DNA of 63,632 bases, the filler included, from Reticulomyxa filosa (taxonomy: Eukaryota; Protista; Foraminifera): NCBI GenBank assembly GCA_000512085.1. It is 18 parts of 18 records of this genome, joined end to end, with 100 filler letters (N's around TTAATTAATTAA, not from the genome) between each part and the next. Parts side by side here need not be neighbours in the genome. Positions count along the whole stretch, not along the records: positions 49,106 to 53,206 come from ASPP01000537.1; positions 53,307 to 54,527 come from ASPP01049626.1; positions 54,628 to 61,934 come from ASPP01001554.1; positions 62,035 to 63,632 come from ASPP01003050.1; 14 more parts are not named here. The stretch is one strand, 5' to 3'. The translations under genes and the position numbers were made by a program. The notes beneath the pieces are model-generated. The model saw only the letters and a list, made by a program, of their open reading frames with translations. It was not told where the DNA came from and ran no database searches. How positions within the stretch are numbered: position 1 is the stretch's first letter; each line of letters opens with the position of its first letter. Shown here one piece after another: positions 50,586 to 63,160 of the stretch.

Positions 50586-52067
50586 TTACAAATAAATTTT
50601 TTCAAAGAGGTCTTGTTCACATGTGACATTGGAATAAAAGGAGTCAGGATCGCAGTAATCACTACTTTCTGTGCTCATTTTAGCGCTTTTTAACTCTTGC
50701 CATCGCATCTGTCGTTGTGTGTAGTTCTTCAAGACAAAGTCATTCCCAAATTCATGATACAATCGAGTGTCTCTGACGCGAACGATGACATTGTCTACTC
50801 TCATCCAAAAGCGACATAAGACTAAAAAACATTGAGGCATAACTCGACACCGTACATAACATTGGGATGTCCCATTATCGCTCAGTTCATCTTCAAATAG
50901 TTGCTCAAAGCATTGAAACAATATCCGATCCTTGCGCATCAGCAGTTCGATATTCAGTCGCTCTTTCACTTTGTCATTACCACTCACTACTTTAGGAACG
51001 CCGCCAGGTTCTTTCGTGTGTACATAATTACCTTGATAATTCGAGGTGAATGTCCAGTCATAATTGCCTTCGATTGTCTCTATCTCATCAGGCTGCATTA
51101 CACAAATCAAAAAAAAAAAATAAAAAAAAAAAAAGTGTGTATATATTGATAGTTTCGAATGACAAAAGAAAGAAAGAAAGAAAAATAGAGATCATTCTTT
51201 CGTTTTACACTTCCAAAAACACGTTCAAACCAATCAATCAATCAATCAATCAATTATACAAATGAAAAAAAGCCGTGAATAGCACCCTACTTAACATTGA
51301 CAATTTGCGACCACTCCTGTGCGTACTGTACTTTGACAGGGTCCTTTGGGACGCCCATACACAATCACAACGCTTTGACTACCATAAAGTATACATTCAA
51401 GCCACTTTCGTGCTGGAGTCGTAGATAACTGTTACTAAACACCATTTCCGGCAGCGACGGCAAGCCAATCTTTTGACAGTTGTTTTCATTTGTTTGGGTG
51501 CGACATGTGAACCAAATATGTCAACCAATCAAAAAAAACCCAAAAAAAAAAAAAAAAAGGAGGTGAAACTGTCGAGGCAATATCTTTCAGCTCGACTTGT
51601 CCCGCCATCGGCTTATGCATTTTTGCAAATGTCCATCCGCGATATTCAATCCCCCAATGTCTTGACGCAAGTTGAAATGTCTCTTTTCCGGTTGGCGATT
51701 TGGGCGACGTAACTTCCACTTTGTCATCCGTTTCTTGTGTGTTTGCCACTGAAGATTTTTCATCTTCTCTTCGTGTGCTTTCTCCGCTCATGTCGGTACT
51801 AGGCTTGGGGCCTTTTGGAGACTGATATGCCATGCTTCGTGTTGGCAACTTTGTAAAGGCCGTTGTTTTGTGATTTGTTTGGGGCGCTGTCGTCATTGGG
51901 TATTTGCTTGTGCTTGGAGTGTTGGGAATAAAAATATTTTTGGGCATTGTGTTGGCTGTTATTGACATTGGGTTAGCTGTGTTGGGAACTCGAGATGATT
52001 GAACATATGACGTTGGTAAGCGCTTTGTCGGAGAGTCCACCTCTTCTGATGTTTTATGCTTAGACAT
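50586..52067 (-). CDS. TIPRL: TIP41-like PP2A regulator with a long Ser/Thr/Pro-rich N-terminal extension
   Basis: GLPSLPEMVFSNSYLRLQH, YDWTFTSNYQG, LFEDELSDNG and RVMPQCFLVLCRFWMRVDNVIVRVRDTRLYHEF. Confidence 0.92.
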
Positions 52068-52384
52068 TGAGAGATTTGATTTATTTTATTTAGTTTTGTT
52101 CAAAGGGGAATTCAAAGATTCTCAAATTAAGTTTTCTTTTTTTACAAGTTTGAAACACGGTGAAACATTAGCTTAAATCAACAAAACCAAAAATTATGTT
52201 TAAATCTAAAAATATCCATGTTTTAATTTTTGAATACAAAGGACATCAGACAACTAGAAAACACAAGGGTTTGAATAAACGACATTTGCGCCCTTCGGCA
52301 ATAAAATTTTGGTCGTCTGTGTTTCCAAGTGTCTCAAGTTGAAAGACTCAAGCTTCTTTTGTGGTTTTTATCTTTTTCATGAAG

Positions 52385-53160
52385 TTATATGTTCGCTGCG
52401 GCACTGTTTTGAAAAAAATTTTTTTTGCAATCTTGGACACACATTAAGATTTCGGAACAAGAAAGTGCACTGATGCGCTCAAAGGGGTTCCACTGCATCA
52501 TTTTTGTTGCTAATTCATAGAATGAGTATTGCTCTGAGGAAAAATAAGACATGAGAGACATGCATTGTGTAGGTGATTTTTTTGCTTTTGCCATATTTGG
52601 AGACCCATCCGAATTGAAAAGGTCGTTTAGCACACGAGGAGTAATCTCACCAGCCAGGGCCAATGGCATTTTTCCAACACATTTAATGATTTGATTCAAA
52701 TGATCAATTGTGTCATGAGTGTTGAACAACATTTTTCCGTTGGTCAGTTCTACAAGCATGCAACCAATACTCCATACATCTGCAGGATAGCTCCAGCCCA
52801 TTTCAAGCATGACTTCCGGGGCGCGATAATGGCGTGTTTGAATTAAGTGATTGCAACAGCCGCTATTGAAAACAGCGCTTCCGAAGTCAATTATCTTAAT
52901 CTGAGTATTAATAGGCACATTGATGACGAAGCCCTTTTTCAAACATTACAAACCTCTTTTTGTTGTTTTTTTTTTCTCTCGAACAGAAACAATTTTCTAA
53001 TAGAAGGCCATTAAAAAAAAAAACATGTTTTTTTGAGAGAAGCAAGAAAATCTCGTATCATACTAAACTTTTTCGGAAACTTGCTGTATGCTTCTGTCAT
53101 CAACTAATACAATGTTTTCTGGTTTCAAATCGGTCATAATTATTCTCAGCGAATGAACAT
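52385..53160 (-). CDS. CLK/LAMMER-like dual-specificity kinase, C-terminal part
   Basis: MTDLKPENIVL, IKIIDFGSA, IQTRHYRAPEVMLEMGWSYPADVWSIGC and LFNTHDTIDHL. Confidence 0.85.
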
Positions 53161-53306
53161 CTGTTATTTTATTTTAATTTTTAATGTTGATGTAAACAAA
53201 AGCAACNNNNNNNNNNNNNNNNNNNNNNNNNNNNNNNNNNNNNNNNNNNNTTAATTAATTAANNNNNNNNNNNNNNNNNNNNNNNNNNNNNNNNNNNNNN
53301 NNNNNN

Positions 53307-54527
53307 AAATCTCAAAACAATATACGTCCATTTTTCTGTCAATGTGAATGCTCAACAATTGCGGTAAATATGCGAAACGTTCAATAACAGACAATCGCTT
53401 TCAAATGGGGATGAAAAGTCAGAAGAGCAAGCCAAGAAAACCAAGCGACAGATCAGAGACAAAATTACGTTGATGAAATTAAAAAATGTCAGCAACAAGA
53501 GATATACAATCTTGAATTGAATAAGATTGTGTTATTAAAGAATGTTCCAGTGCAGGAAAGTGAGAAGGAGATCAAAGAAACGTTGGAAGAATATGGATAT
53601 TCAGTTGAACAAGTGAAAAGATTCAACAAAATGCCAATGATAATGATCACGCTATCCAAAGCAGAAGAGATGATGAAGATCCTCCAAGACAAGAACATTC
53701 AGATTGGATACTCAATGGCACAAGCTGTCATATTTGACAAGAACAGATCAAGGCCCAAGCATCACTTCAAGTAATGTCGAAACTGTTATAAATTGAACCA
53801 CATTGCTACAGAAGAGAAAGATTTGCAAGTATTGTGGACTGAAAAACCACGAAGCATCGAAATGTCGCATAAGAATGATCCGAGTCGACATCGATGTGTA
53901 TTGTGCAAGAATAATCATCCAAGTGATTCTGTGCAATGTGAAGTTATTCGCAAGGCAAGAGAAAAACTTGGGATTAAATTGACAAGAAAGGAGAACGCTT
54001 TCATACAAAAGAAAGCTTCATCTCCAAAATCTATCTAAATTAAAAAGAGACATAAAAATAAGACTAATCAGCAATTTTACACTGATGAAGTCAAGCAATC
54101 AAAGAATAAGAGAAAGAGAAAGAATAGAAACAAAAATAAAAATAAGGTGGTAGAACAACATATTAAATACTGGCATGGATATGAATATATGAACAGTAAT
54201 TTGTTGAGCCTCCAGAATAATATCAACGAACTTTATTCCAAGGCCCAAATATTAGAATAAAATCTGCAGTATAAGCAGCCGCATATATGCCTACTGCAAG
54301 AAGGTTTTCGGTCGAAGAAGAAGGACATAGATTATAATTTCCAGCATCTTTATGTTCATCATTGGATTGAGACAGGAAGATCTGGAGTGTTATGTCGAAG
54401 AGATTTGCATTCATTATAAGATCATTCAATAACATGCTTGATACATTTAATGATTTAGTTATGAATCGTGTTGGGTGGAAATTTCATGTCCTGATCAAAA
54501 GAAACCGATATTATTCTGCAGTTTCTA
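53307..54527 (+). mobile_element. Decayed non-LTR retrotransposon (LINE): ORF1 with three Zn knuckles and the start of an APE endonuclease
   Basis: *CRNCYKLNH, CKYCGLKNHEASKC (CX2CX4HX4C) and CVLCKNNHPSDSVQC (CX2CX3HX6C); then SLQNNINELYSK, PHICLLQE and WVEISCPDQKKPILFCSF. Stops and frameshifts throughout. Confidence 0.82.
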
Positions 54528-55093
54528 NNNNNNNNNNNNNNNNNNNNNNNNNNNNNNNNNNNNNNNNNNNNTTAATTAATTAANNNNNNNNNNNNNNNNN
54601 NNNNNNNNNNNNNNNNNNNNNNNNNNNTTTTTTTAAATAAAAAAAATTTTGATTAAATGTTGTTTTTTCATCGAGAAACACAATTATCTTTATAAGATGG
54701 CATTTTATGTGTCAACTTTCTTTTTTATCCTATTGTAGTTATTTCGATATGTACAGTTCATAAGTTACATAAAGATTCTATCGTCAGTTTACAATGTTCT
54801 TTTAAAATATCAACTTGTCAACAGACTAAGTATTAGTCAGACGATGATAATGTTGTTTAAATTTTGTTTTTTACAAAAAGTCTTTATCACACATATTGTA
54901 ATAACTACGTTATGATCAACATAACAAGCTGTTTCAAATGTCAGTCAATAACAAATGCAAGATACAAAATATTACAAGTAACAGAAACAAAACTAACAAC
55001 CTTTTGCGATAATATTTTTTTTTGATGCAGACTGATAGCAAATAAATCTTGACATTTGGATACCAAAAAAAAAGGAATATATATTTTCCACAT

Positions 55094-57486
55094 TTACTGA
55101 GTGAACACTTGATAGACGTTGGAATACATTGTCGATAACGAGCAGTCGACAGTAAGAATATTGTGGACGACAAAAAATGAACTTTCATTCATTGGCATTC
55201 CATTTTCCAATAATTTGACCAAATTGTTGGATCCATCTAATTGTACAAGCACTTGTGTATTCCATTGAGTATACCCAGCGTTGATTGGGATTACTAATTC
55301 AAATTCCAAGAAATGTGTTTGTATGACTTGGGCCGATCGTACAAAGACAAAGGGATAGTCTTTGACTTGCAAGACTTGCATTTCGATTTGTTCAGTTGGC
55401 CAATATTGGGAATGCAAATTGCGAAAGCCATTATGATGTTCTCCCACAACCATGCCCAAGGCCAGCAAAGCAGTGTTCAACAAGGAGGAGCCAGTGGTTT
55501 TGTCACAATCGGAAAAGGTATGTTGCACCACCCCACTGGAGTCAATCAAAGGCACGGACAAATTGTTGTATTTGTTCATGGGCACCTTCACCCCAAATTT
55601 GTTGATTAAAAAATTGCGCGACATTTCCACACGTTGTTCCACATCGGAATCGGATATGCCCACATCGGTCATGAATGGCAGACATTGCATGGCAGCAACT
55701 GTGTACATTGCCGTGGCAAAGCAAACACCAGTGTGTGGTGTTTGGAAATATGTGCCATTGTATTGCTCATCGAGCGACCAGAACCGATTGTTATACAGTT
55801 TGCTTAGTCCATTTTCACACACAAATTCTTTCACATCCGATTCATTTAACCAAACATAAGCAAAAGCCGCTGCCCAATTATCACGAGCAGGACTATCAAT
55901 TTGTAACAATCCATTATAATTTTTTTTTTTTTTTTTTTTATGTTTATTATTATTGTTATTATTTTTGTTTGTTCGAAAAGGGGACCCCTTTTTGTAACTG
56001 AATTTTTTTAAAGGAACTTTTAAAAAAGTTGAAGTTCAAAAAAAAAAAGGGACCCCCCCTCCTCCTCCTCTTTTCTCACAAGTGCAGAACTAGACCTATT
56101 CGGAGCTCCCCAAGGCCCAACAGAGGCAAAGCCTGAGAAATCCAACAGCCAGCCCGCCTTCAGGTGTTGTTTGGACCATGGCTGGTCTTGCAGTCCGCTG
56201 TCCTCGTCCAAGTAAATCCGTTTGTCCTGGAAATACAAGCCTCGAACCCATCCGCCCAACCCAATCGTCTCATTCTCAAAGCTGGTTTCGTCCACAAAAT
56301 AATCCCGAAATTTCTTGGTCGCGGACTTCAATTGTCTGTTCCATGTATTAGCATTATCATTTTTTTTTTTTTTTTTTTTTTGGGAGTTTACTTTGCAAAA
56401 AAAAAAGAAGGGAAGATTTATAGATAATTGAGAGAACAAACACAAAGTGAAAACAACTGTTGAGGAGTTGAGGTTTGATTATTCGCGACAGCGACTTTGA
56501 AAGTGAAAGCAATGTTTTGGTGTTGATTGCAAATGGTGAACACTTGGAAGGGTTCACAAGAAATGCCTCCTTGTCGATTGCGCTGGTCCAATTGCACGTT
56601 GGCCATATGCGTCAGCAAGTCGTCCAGCGTCCAATGGATGTCCGACGCGAACGAAAAGCCTTGGTCCGAGTACGTCATGTCATAGCTCAGCGCTTCGTAC
56701 AATGCCATCATATGCACCAATTGTCCACTGTACATTATGTTCTGGAACCTCACCGGATCTATACGACCATTTTTTTTTTTTTTTTTTTTTTTTTTAAGAA
56801 GGGGGGGGGGGAGGACATTCATGCATGTACATACAATATAAAATGTCATACCTGGCCAAGAAGTACTGGCGTTCCATAAGATATTGTCTTTGTGTTGAGG
56901 ATCCAACGCATACAGACAACCACCGGCTTCAAGGGTGCATGTTTGATAACCTTTTGTTCAATTCACAGAACACACTCAATCACACAGCTTTTTTTACACC
57001 CAATCAAATCTTTATATATGTATACATATATGTATGTATACGTATGTGTGCATGTGTCTTTTTTTTTTTTTCCTGCATGTTATAAAACTAAACTATTTGG
57101 ACCCCACCAATAATCGATGAAATTCCATGTCGTGTTGTCCAACATGCGCTGGATCGTGTTGTTCGCTGTCTTGATACACACCTCACGGTATGCTGGCGTT
57201 TGCACGCACAACGCCGATGCACCGTATGTCATAAACGCTAGCGAATATCTCACCGAAGAAAAGTCCAACTGTGCGGTGTTTCGCTCTAGTAAATACTCGG
57301 GTAACCATTCTCCGGCTGTCAAATATGAAAAGTATGCCAGCGTCAGTTGTACTGACAGCTGCTCGTCTGTCAACGAAACGTTTCGATACAATGTCACATT
57401 GGCAAAGAAGACGGAAAATGCAAAAAAATATCATTAATATAGCATTGCCCTACTGCAAACAGAGCCCAGATTACCACCGAAAACAT
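55094..57486 (-). CDS. Linalool dehydratase/isomerase (LinD/Ldi)-like protein, multi-exon, with C-terminal extension
   Basis: RYSLAFMTYG..TPAYR, WPDPVRFQNIMYSGQL..LYE and GGISCEPFQVFTICNQ align with LinD YELAFIGYG, DPIEKENIMYKGHL and GIVCEPDNYFVQCNS. Hydrophobic leader; exact N-terminus obscured by a T-run. Confidence 0.8.
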
Positions 57487-57702
57487 ATCATATATTTTTT
57501 TCTGCTAAAGGGGCTCTACTACAAACAAGGCACTCAGTCTTTGTTTTTTGCAACGCAAAGTATTGTGACGATTTGACAAGGTTAGCACGTTTTTGCAAAA
57601 GTGTTGTTTTTTTTTACAATAAATTTTTTTAGTTCACGGGGTCTTTTTTTTGAGAGGAGACGGGATAAAAGCCGAGTAAAATACTATTGTTGTTGAATAT
57701 CG

Positions 57703-60355
57703 ATGGCTCAAACACAAAATGGACACATTCCCGAAAAATTCTGGGAAATGGCAAAAAAATACAACTGGAGTTTGTCAAAAAAGCCGCAGTCTTCTCAATT
57801 CGGCAACACAGTTAAGAAGGAAAACAGCAGGTACGGGAACACTCCGAAAGAAAACTAAAGAAAGGGTTGCGACTTCCCTCTTATGCGCGATGTACAGGAG
57901 TCGACAGCAACAGCAACGAGTCCAATAATCTTATCCACCTGCAAGCAATCAAGTGCTAAGACAAGTTTGGGCCATAGAAAGAGTCTGTCGGGAACGAAAG
58001 GACTTATCAAAAGTGGAGAGGTAGCAACCCCCCAAAAAATCCGATCATCAAATAAAGGAAACGCTGACGCAGACAATTTTTTTTCGAGTGTTTCCAAGTC
58101 ACGCGTGAACGAAAAAATGGAAGACGAGAAAGGAGAAAATGAAAAGAAAAAGCAATCAAAAAAAAAAAAGAAGAAGAAGAAAAAGAAAAAGAAAAAGATA
58201 ATGACGATGACAATGAAAGCAGTTCCTATTCTGCGGCGAAGCGTCCAAGGAAATTGTTCCATCATCGAAAGTATTTGTGCGACTCATCTTCGGACAGTGA
58301 TACAAACAAGAAGGAACAAACAAGTACATTAGGACAAGAGAAGACATTAGTGAATTCCAATAAGTCAAACCGGCGAACGAATAGCCATGAAGACATGGAC
58401 GGCGTGATTGCAGCGGAGACAACAATAACAACGAAAGGTATCAACAATAGTAATAATAATAATAATAATAATAACAGCAATGGTGATAATCATAGCAATG
58501 ACAACGACAGTGAGACTGAAACGGAGAGCGAACATGATTTCGATCGACTCTTTTTATTTCAATCAAATAAAAACACTGCCAGCTCTTTTGGAGAGATGTC
58601 CAACAAGGACGAGCCAGGTGCAAGCCAACCCGTGAAAAGTCCGCAGCAACAAAAACAAGAACAATTGGGATGTTCGACATATGACTCGGTGCCAAACCAT
58701 GAAAGGTGGCCACTATCGCAGCCTACTTGCCCTGCCAATGAAGTGGTTGACATGCAGCCTACCACTTATGCCACCACTGCGACAAAAGATAGTGACGTCA
58801 CGATGCCTTCCGACACGACCACACTTCCGAAGAAAATGTTGTCGGATGCATGGTCCATGAATCATGCTCTCCCGTTGGTGCCGATTGACACGGGCAATGA
58901 CTCGTCGTCATCATCATTGGAGCATAATATGGACACCGAATCAAATCGGTTCAATATGCATGTAGACAGCAATACACATGCCGATCGAAATGATACGTAT
59001 AACGATGGCGATGACGGCGATGCTCCCGGCTCCACACATGACACTGTCCAAAGCCATGACACCCATATGTCGGGCGCGTTGGACGACCACGCGTCTTTGG
59101 ATGGCAGTCGCCATCGTGCAAGACACGACTCAAAAGAGAAAGAGCAGGAGGAAGAGGAACATGTGGGGTCGTCGGCGCCCTCGTTTGATTTTTCAAAGCG
59201 CAAAGCGACCGCCAAGAGATCGTATAAGAAACGCGTAGTGTGTGCCGAAAACGTGCAACATAAACAATTTCTTAAGCAACGAGACCAAGTTTGTGTGTAT
59301 TTGTTTGTCTCTTGTGTGCCCTTGTCCCTTGTTTTACGTACGTATACTTGTATGTATACTTGATGATGGACTTTTGCAGGGGGAAAAAAAAACAAGACAA
59401 AACAAAAGCTATATACATGAATTTGCTCGCTTTTTTTTTTTTTTTTTTACATTGCCGCTCAAAAAGTATACGAAACAGTTCTTTAAAACGTTTAATGAAT
59501 TTGCTTTTGATAACAAGTTTGTGTTGGGAGACAATATTGTCATTGAATGGAGTAATACACTGAACAAAACCGCTGGAACATGCCAATATATTGTTAAGTT
59601 GTTTTTTTTTTTCTTTTTGGAAGGAAAAAAAACCATTTTTATTTGGTTGGAATAGAAAGACGGCTATGGAAAAAGAAAAGTTAGAATACAACTGGCTGCA
59701 AAAGTGCTGGATTGTACATGTTGCGTGACAACACACATTGAATATGTATACGTGCTTGTTTGTTTTTTTTTTACATCATCTTCAAATTATTGAACCCGAC
59801 TTTGTTGGCTTGTAACACAGATCGGCTTAAAAAAACTCTGTGCCATGAACTGTGCCACGCCATGCAATGGATTTATGATGGTGTTATCAAACCTCCTCAT
59901 GGACAGATTTTTCGCAAGTGGGCAGACTGCTGCGAAAATGTATTTAGCGATATCACTGTGACCACACGTCATAGCTATGAAATACACTACAAATTTCGAT
60001 GGGAATGTGAAAACTGCTCCACTACGTTGAGCTGTTTTTTTTTCCTAACCTTCTGGCCGTAGAAATTGTTGTGAAATGTTGTCGAAAATATAGGTACGGC
60101 AGACATTCCAAGTCGATCGACCCTGCTACGCATCGTTGTGGAGTTTGCAAAGGTTCATTGAAATTTTTGGGAAACTTCAAAAAGGACGGAACTTTAGGAG
60201 AGGTGCGAAAAAACCCAAGCGCGTATGCTATTTTTGTGAAAGAGCACTTTCGTGAAATCCGTCAACGATATCCTGCTGCTTCAATGGGGGAAGTAATGAG
60301 GCTTGTAGGTGAATTGTACAAAACTCAAAAAAGTACCGAGGGTTCGAAGCATTGA
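57703..60355 (+). CDS. GCNA: GCNA/ACRC-like protein (disordered acidic region + SprT metalloprotease + Zn finger + HMG box)
   Basis: FNEFAFDNK, IEWSNTLNKTAGTC, RLKKTLCHELCHA (HExxH), PHGQIFRKWA, HSYEIHYKFRWECENC, YGRHSKSID..CGVCKG and PSAYAIFVKEHF..MGEVMRLVGELYK. Introns 59289-59466, 59593-59655, 59720-59820 and 60026-60093; A-run frameshift near 58165. Confidence 0.85.
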
Positions 60356-60481
60356 TTAGGAGATATTGTGCTTTTGTGAATGCAAGTATTTTAAAACTGC
60401 CTATGACAGGCAAATATTTAATAATTTTTTTTTTTGCAATGGTACAACCTCTCTCCGCACCTTAAAAAAAGTTCATCTTTT

Positions 60482-61527
60482 CTAATCAAAGGTTTCAAGT
60501 TTGGTTTTCAATTCAATGAAACGCTGAATTCTGGCTTGACCCGCATCATCATCTTCTTTGTGTTGTTGGTCAAGCAATCGTTTTTTATTGTCATCAAGAA
60601 TAAGTTGCAATTGATCTTGTTTGCATTGATCGATCTTGTCTTGCAATAAAGATAGCTGTTGCTCATTAAATTGTCCATCGATTTCAAACTCTTGTTGCAC
60701 TTGTTGGAGTATTGTATTTTCAAAAAGTGAAATGTCACCAGAAAACATATCTTTAACAGTAGTCAAAAATTGAGAGTGCTCTCGGTTTTGTCGGTACTTG
60801 GGCTGTTTGCCCAATTCGGGCACCTTTAAATATTTATCCATGTTTCGCTTGTCAAAATCCCATAAAAATGAAGTGTGATGAACAAATCGGTTTTTACTGA
60901 TCTTTTGAGCATTCCCACCAATTTTTTTACTTTCATCAGCCACATAATCCACATTTTCCAACAACTCAAATTTTTTGCTTTGGAATACTGGACTATATAA
61001 ATCATATGTCCAACGCATTATCTCATGTGGTCCAATTATTTTTGTTCCATATTTTTCTCTTATAAATGAGTCGTTACAAATAAATGACACAAAATAAGAC
61101 CTCTCGTCTACATATACCGTTCCCCCTGCTGTAAACCGCCGGATTACACGGACATTGTCTCTGTTCCCATACAGTTGCATTTCCCCGGTTATTTTTTATT
61201 ATTATTATTTTTAAACAAATTACAGCTATGTCGGCACGACCTTCTTTCTTGCAAATTCATCTACTCTTGACAAACAGAGCCATAACTGCAACACATTGGG
61301 GATATTTACCAGTGAATGCATTTTATTATACAAACCCATTACAACCGCAGGTATACTGGTCCCACGACTAACGAGACAATACGACTCTTTTGTGTAGCGA
61401 AACAAGCATTCCTCCAAAATCAGTTGGCGGTAAATGTCAAAATTGGAGAGGCTGTAAATATGTTTTTAATGATGTTTAAGTAATTAGATTAACTAAAATA
61501 AACCTACCGAATTAAGTTTATCTTCAT
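60482..61527 (-). CDS. Lipoate-protein ligase A / lipoyltransferase family protein
   Basis: QLILEECLFR, PAVVMG, IRRFTAGGTVYVD, KKIGGNAQ and VHHTSFLWD; introns 61452-61507 and 61161-61286. Confidence 0.9.
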
Positions 61528-62751
61528 GACTCTGAACAATTTTTACTGTGTTCACTTAAAAAAAAAGAAACTTGAAAAAAGTAAGTTCATTTTTCGTTAA
61601 AAATAAAATATTTCGGTAGAGATGTGATGGAATATGTCTTCAAAAAAGTTTTAATGCACAAGCAGTAAAATTATTTCTTCTTTTTAATTATGTATTAGAA
61701 AAATCTGTGTACACTATTTCGATTAACTTGCTATTTTTCACGTTGAAATCTGCATTCAACACATGGCTTTGCATTGATTTGAATATTTTATAAAGAAATA
61801 GGAACCTTTTTCAAATTTGTGTTTTGTGAACTTTGTCCTGTTCCTTTATTTTTTTTGGTTTTGTTTTTTTTTCTTTAGTGTTTTGAACTGGTTGGACAAT
61901 GAATATTGCTGTACAAACTTTGGGTAAGTATTGGNNNNNNNNNNNNNNNNNNNNNNNNNNNNNNNNNNNNNNNNNNNNTTAATTAATTAANNNNNNNNNN
62001 NNNNNNNNNNNNNNNNNNNNNNNNNNNNNNNNNNTCTTCATATAGTGCCATTTAGGTATGTCAGTTTTTTTTTGCAATATATTTTAGTGTTATTGCAAAA
62101 TTTTAGTCCATAAATATTTTTAAGTCAGTTTTTATATTTGATAAATAATGTCATCTCGTAATAAAAGACATATTTCTGTTTAAAGACGCAGCTTTTATAA
62201 ATTGTAATAATAAAAAATGTATAATTTACATTAAAAAAGAGAAAATTAAGCTTTGAACAAGACATTCACAATAAATATGAAGTAGCAAGGAAGAAAAATC
62301 AATGTCAGATGATAGTTTCATTTACTTACATACTAAAAATAAATAAAAGTCAACACATTGCTTTGTTTCAACTTTTTTCATTGTTTTTTTGTTTTTTACA
62401 CACTTATGAACACATTGAACTTTTGTTACACTTTTTATTCTTTTATTATTTTCGAATGAAAAATTTAATGATTTCCACGTAGTTTCTCATTGGCCACAGA
62501 ACATTTAACATATTTTAGCTTTTTTTCTGAAAAATATGTTCGATTATATCGAAATATACACTTGTACACTATTTAAATTGAAAAGTTTGAACGCAAACAT
62601 TGAAAGAGTATAAAAGTTTGTTTGCAATCAAAAATAAAAGTAACAAGTCTCTCAATCCAATTCTTTGTCGTGAAATTAATTGGTGTTGAATTTCGAACGT
62701 ACAAAGAATACATTAGTAGTACTTGTGTTTTAAAAAAATTATTTTTTTAAT

Positions 62752-63128
62752 TTAAAGCCTACAAATATACGACTGGCTTCGCGTAATGTACCGAACCCAG
62801 AGATAAGGGCTGTAGCCCTTATCTGGTTGAACTACACGCACATATCGAATTTGCAAATTGGACACATTGTACATGGGAATTTCAAAATTCATGCTTATGG
62901 GTCCAATGACCTTACGAGCAGAGTCATTTTTTTGCTGTTCTTGAAAGGTGATGTTAATAGGTAAAGCCAGTTCAGAACCTCCACGAACTTTGTTAATGTT
63001 CCATATCACTTTGCGACTTTTTAAGTCAAATTCAACTTTTTGGCCACTCATACTTGAGCTCAGGACTGGAGTTACGCTAAGATTGAAACAAATATCAAAA
63101 CAAAAAGGGGGGTGGGATCCTTGTTCAC

Positions 63129-63160
<32 letters not shown>

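Noticed and set aside
57811-57864. In-frame TAA (57856-57858) in the GCNA 5' region as evidence for stop-codon reassignment
   Set aside because: Removed by a GTT..AAG intron (57811-57864) or a 30-nt GTA..AAG intron; conserved genes here end normally in TAA/TGA and have no internal stops.
58155-58175. Programmed frameshifting at A-runs in GCNA and CWF19L1 (near 22630)
   Set aside because: Both shifts fall in long homopolymers, the typical error of pyrosequencing-era assemblies; simpler explanation.
1748-62034. Regularly recurring TTAATTAATTAA palindrome as a biological repeat or CRISPR-like array
   Set aside because: Always centred in exactly 88 Ns; a standard six-frame-stop assembly linker.
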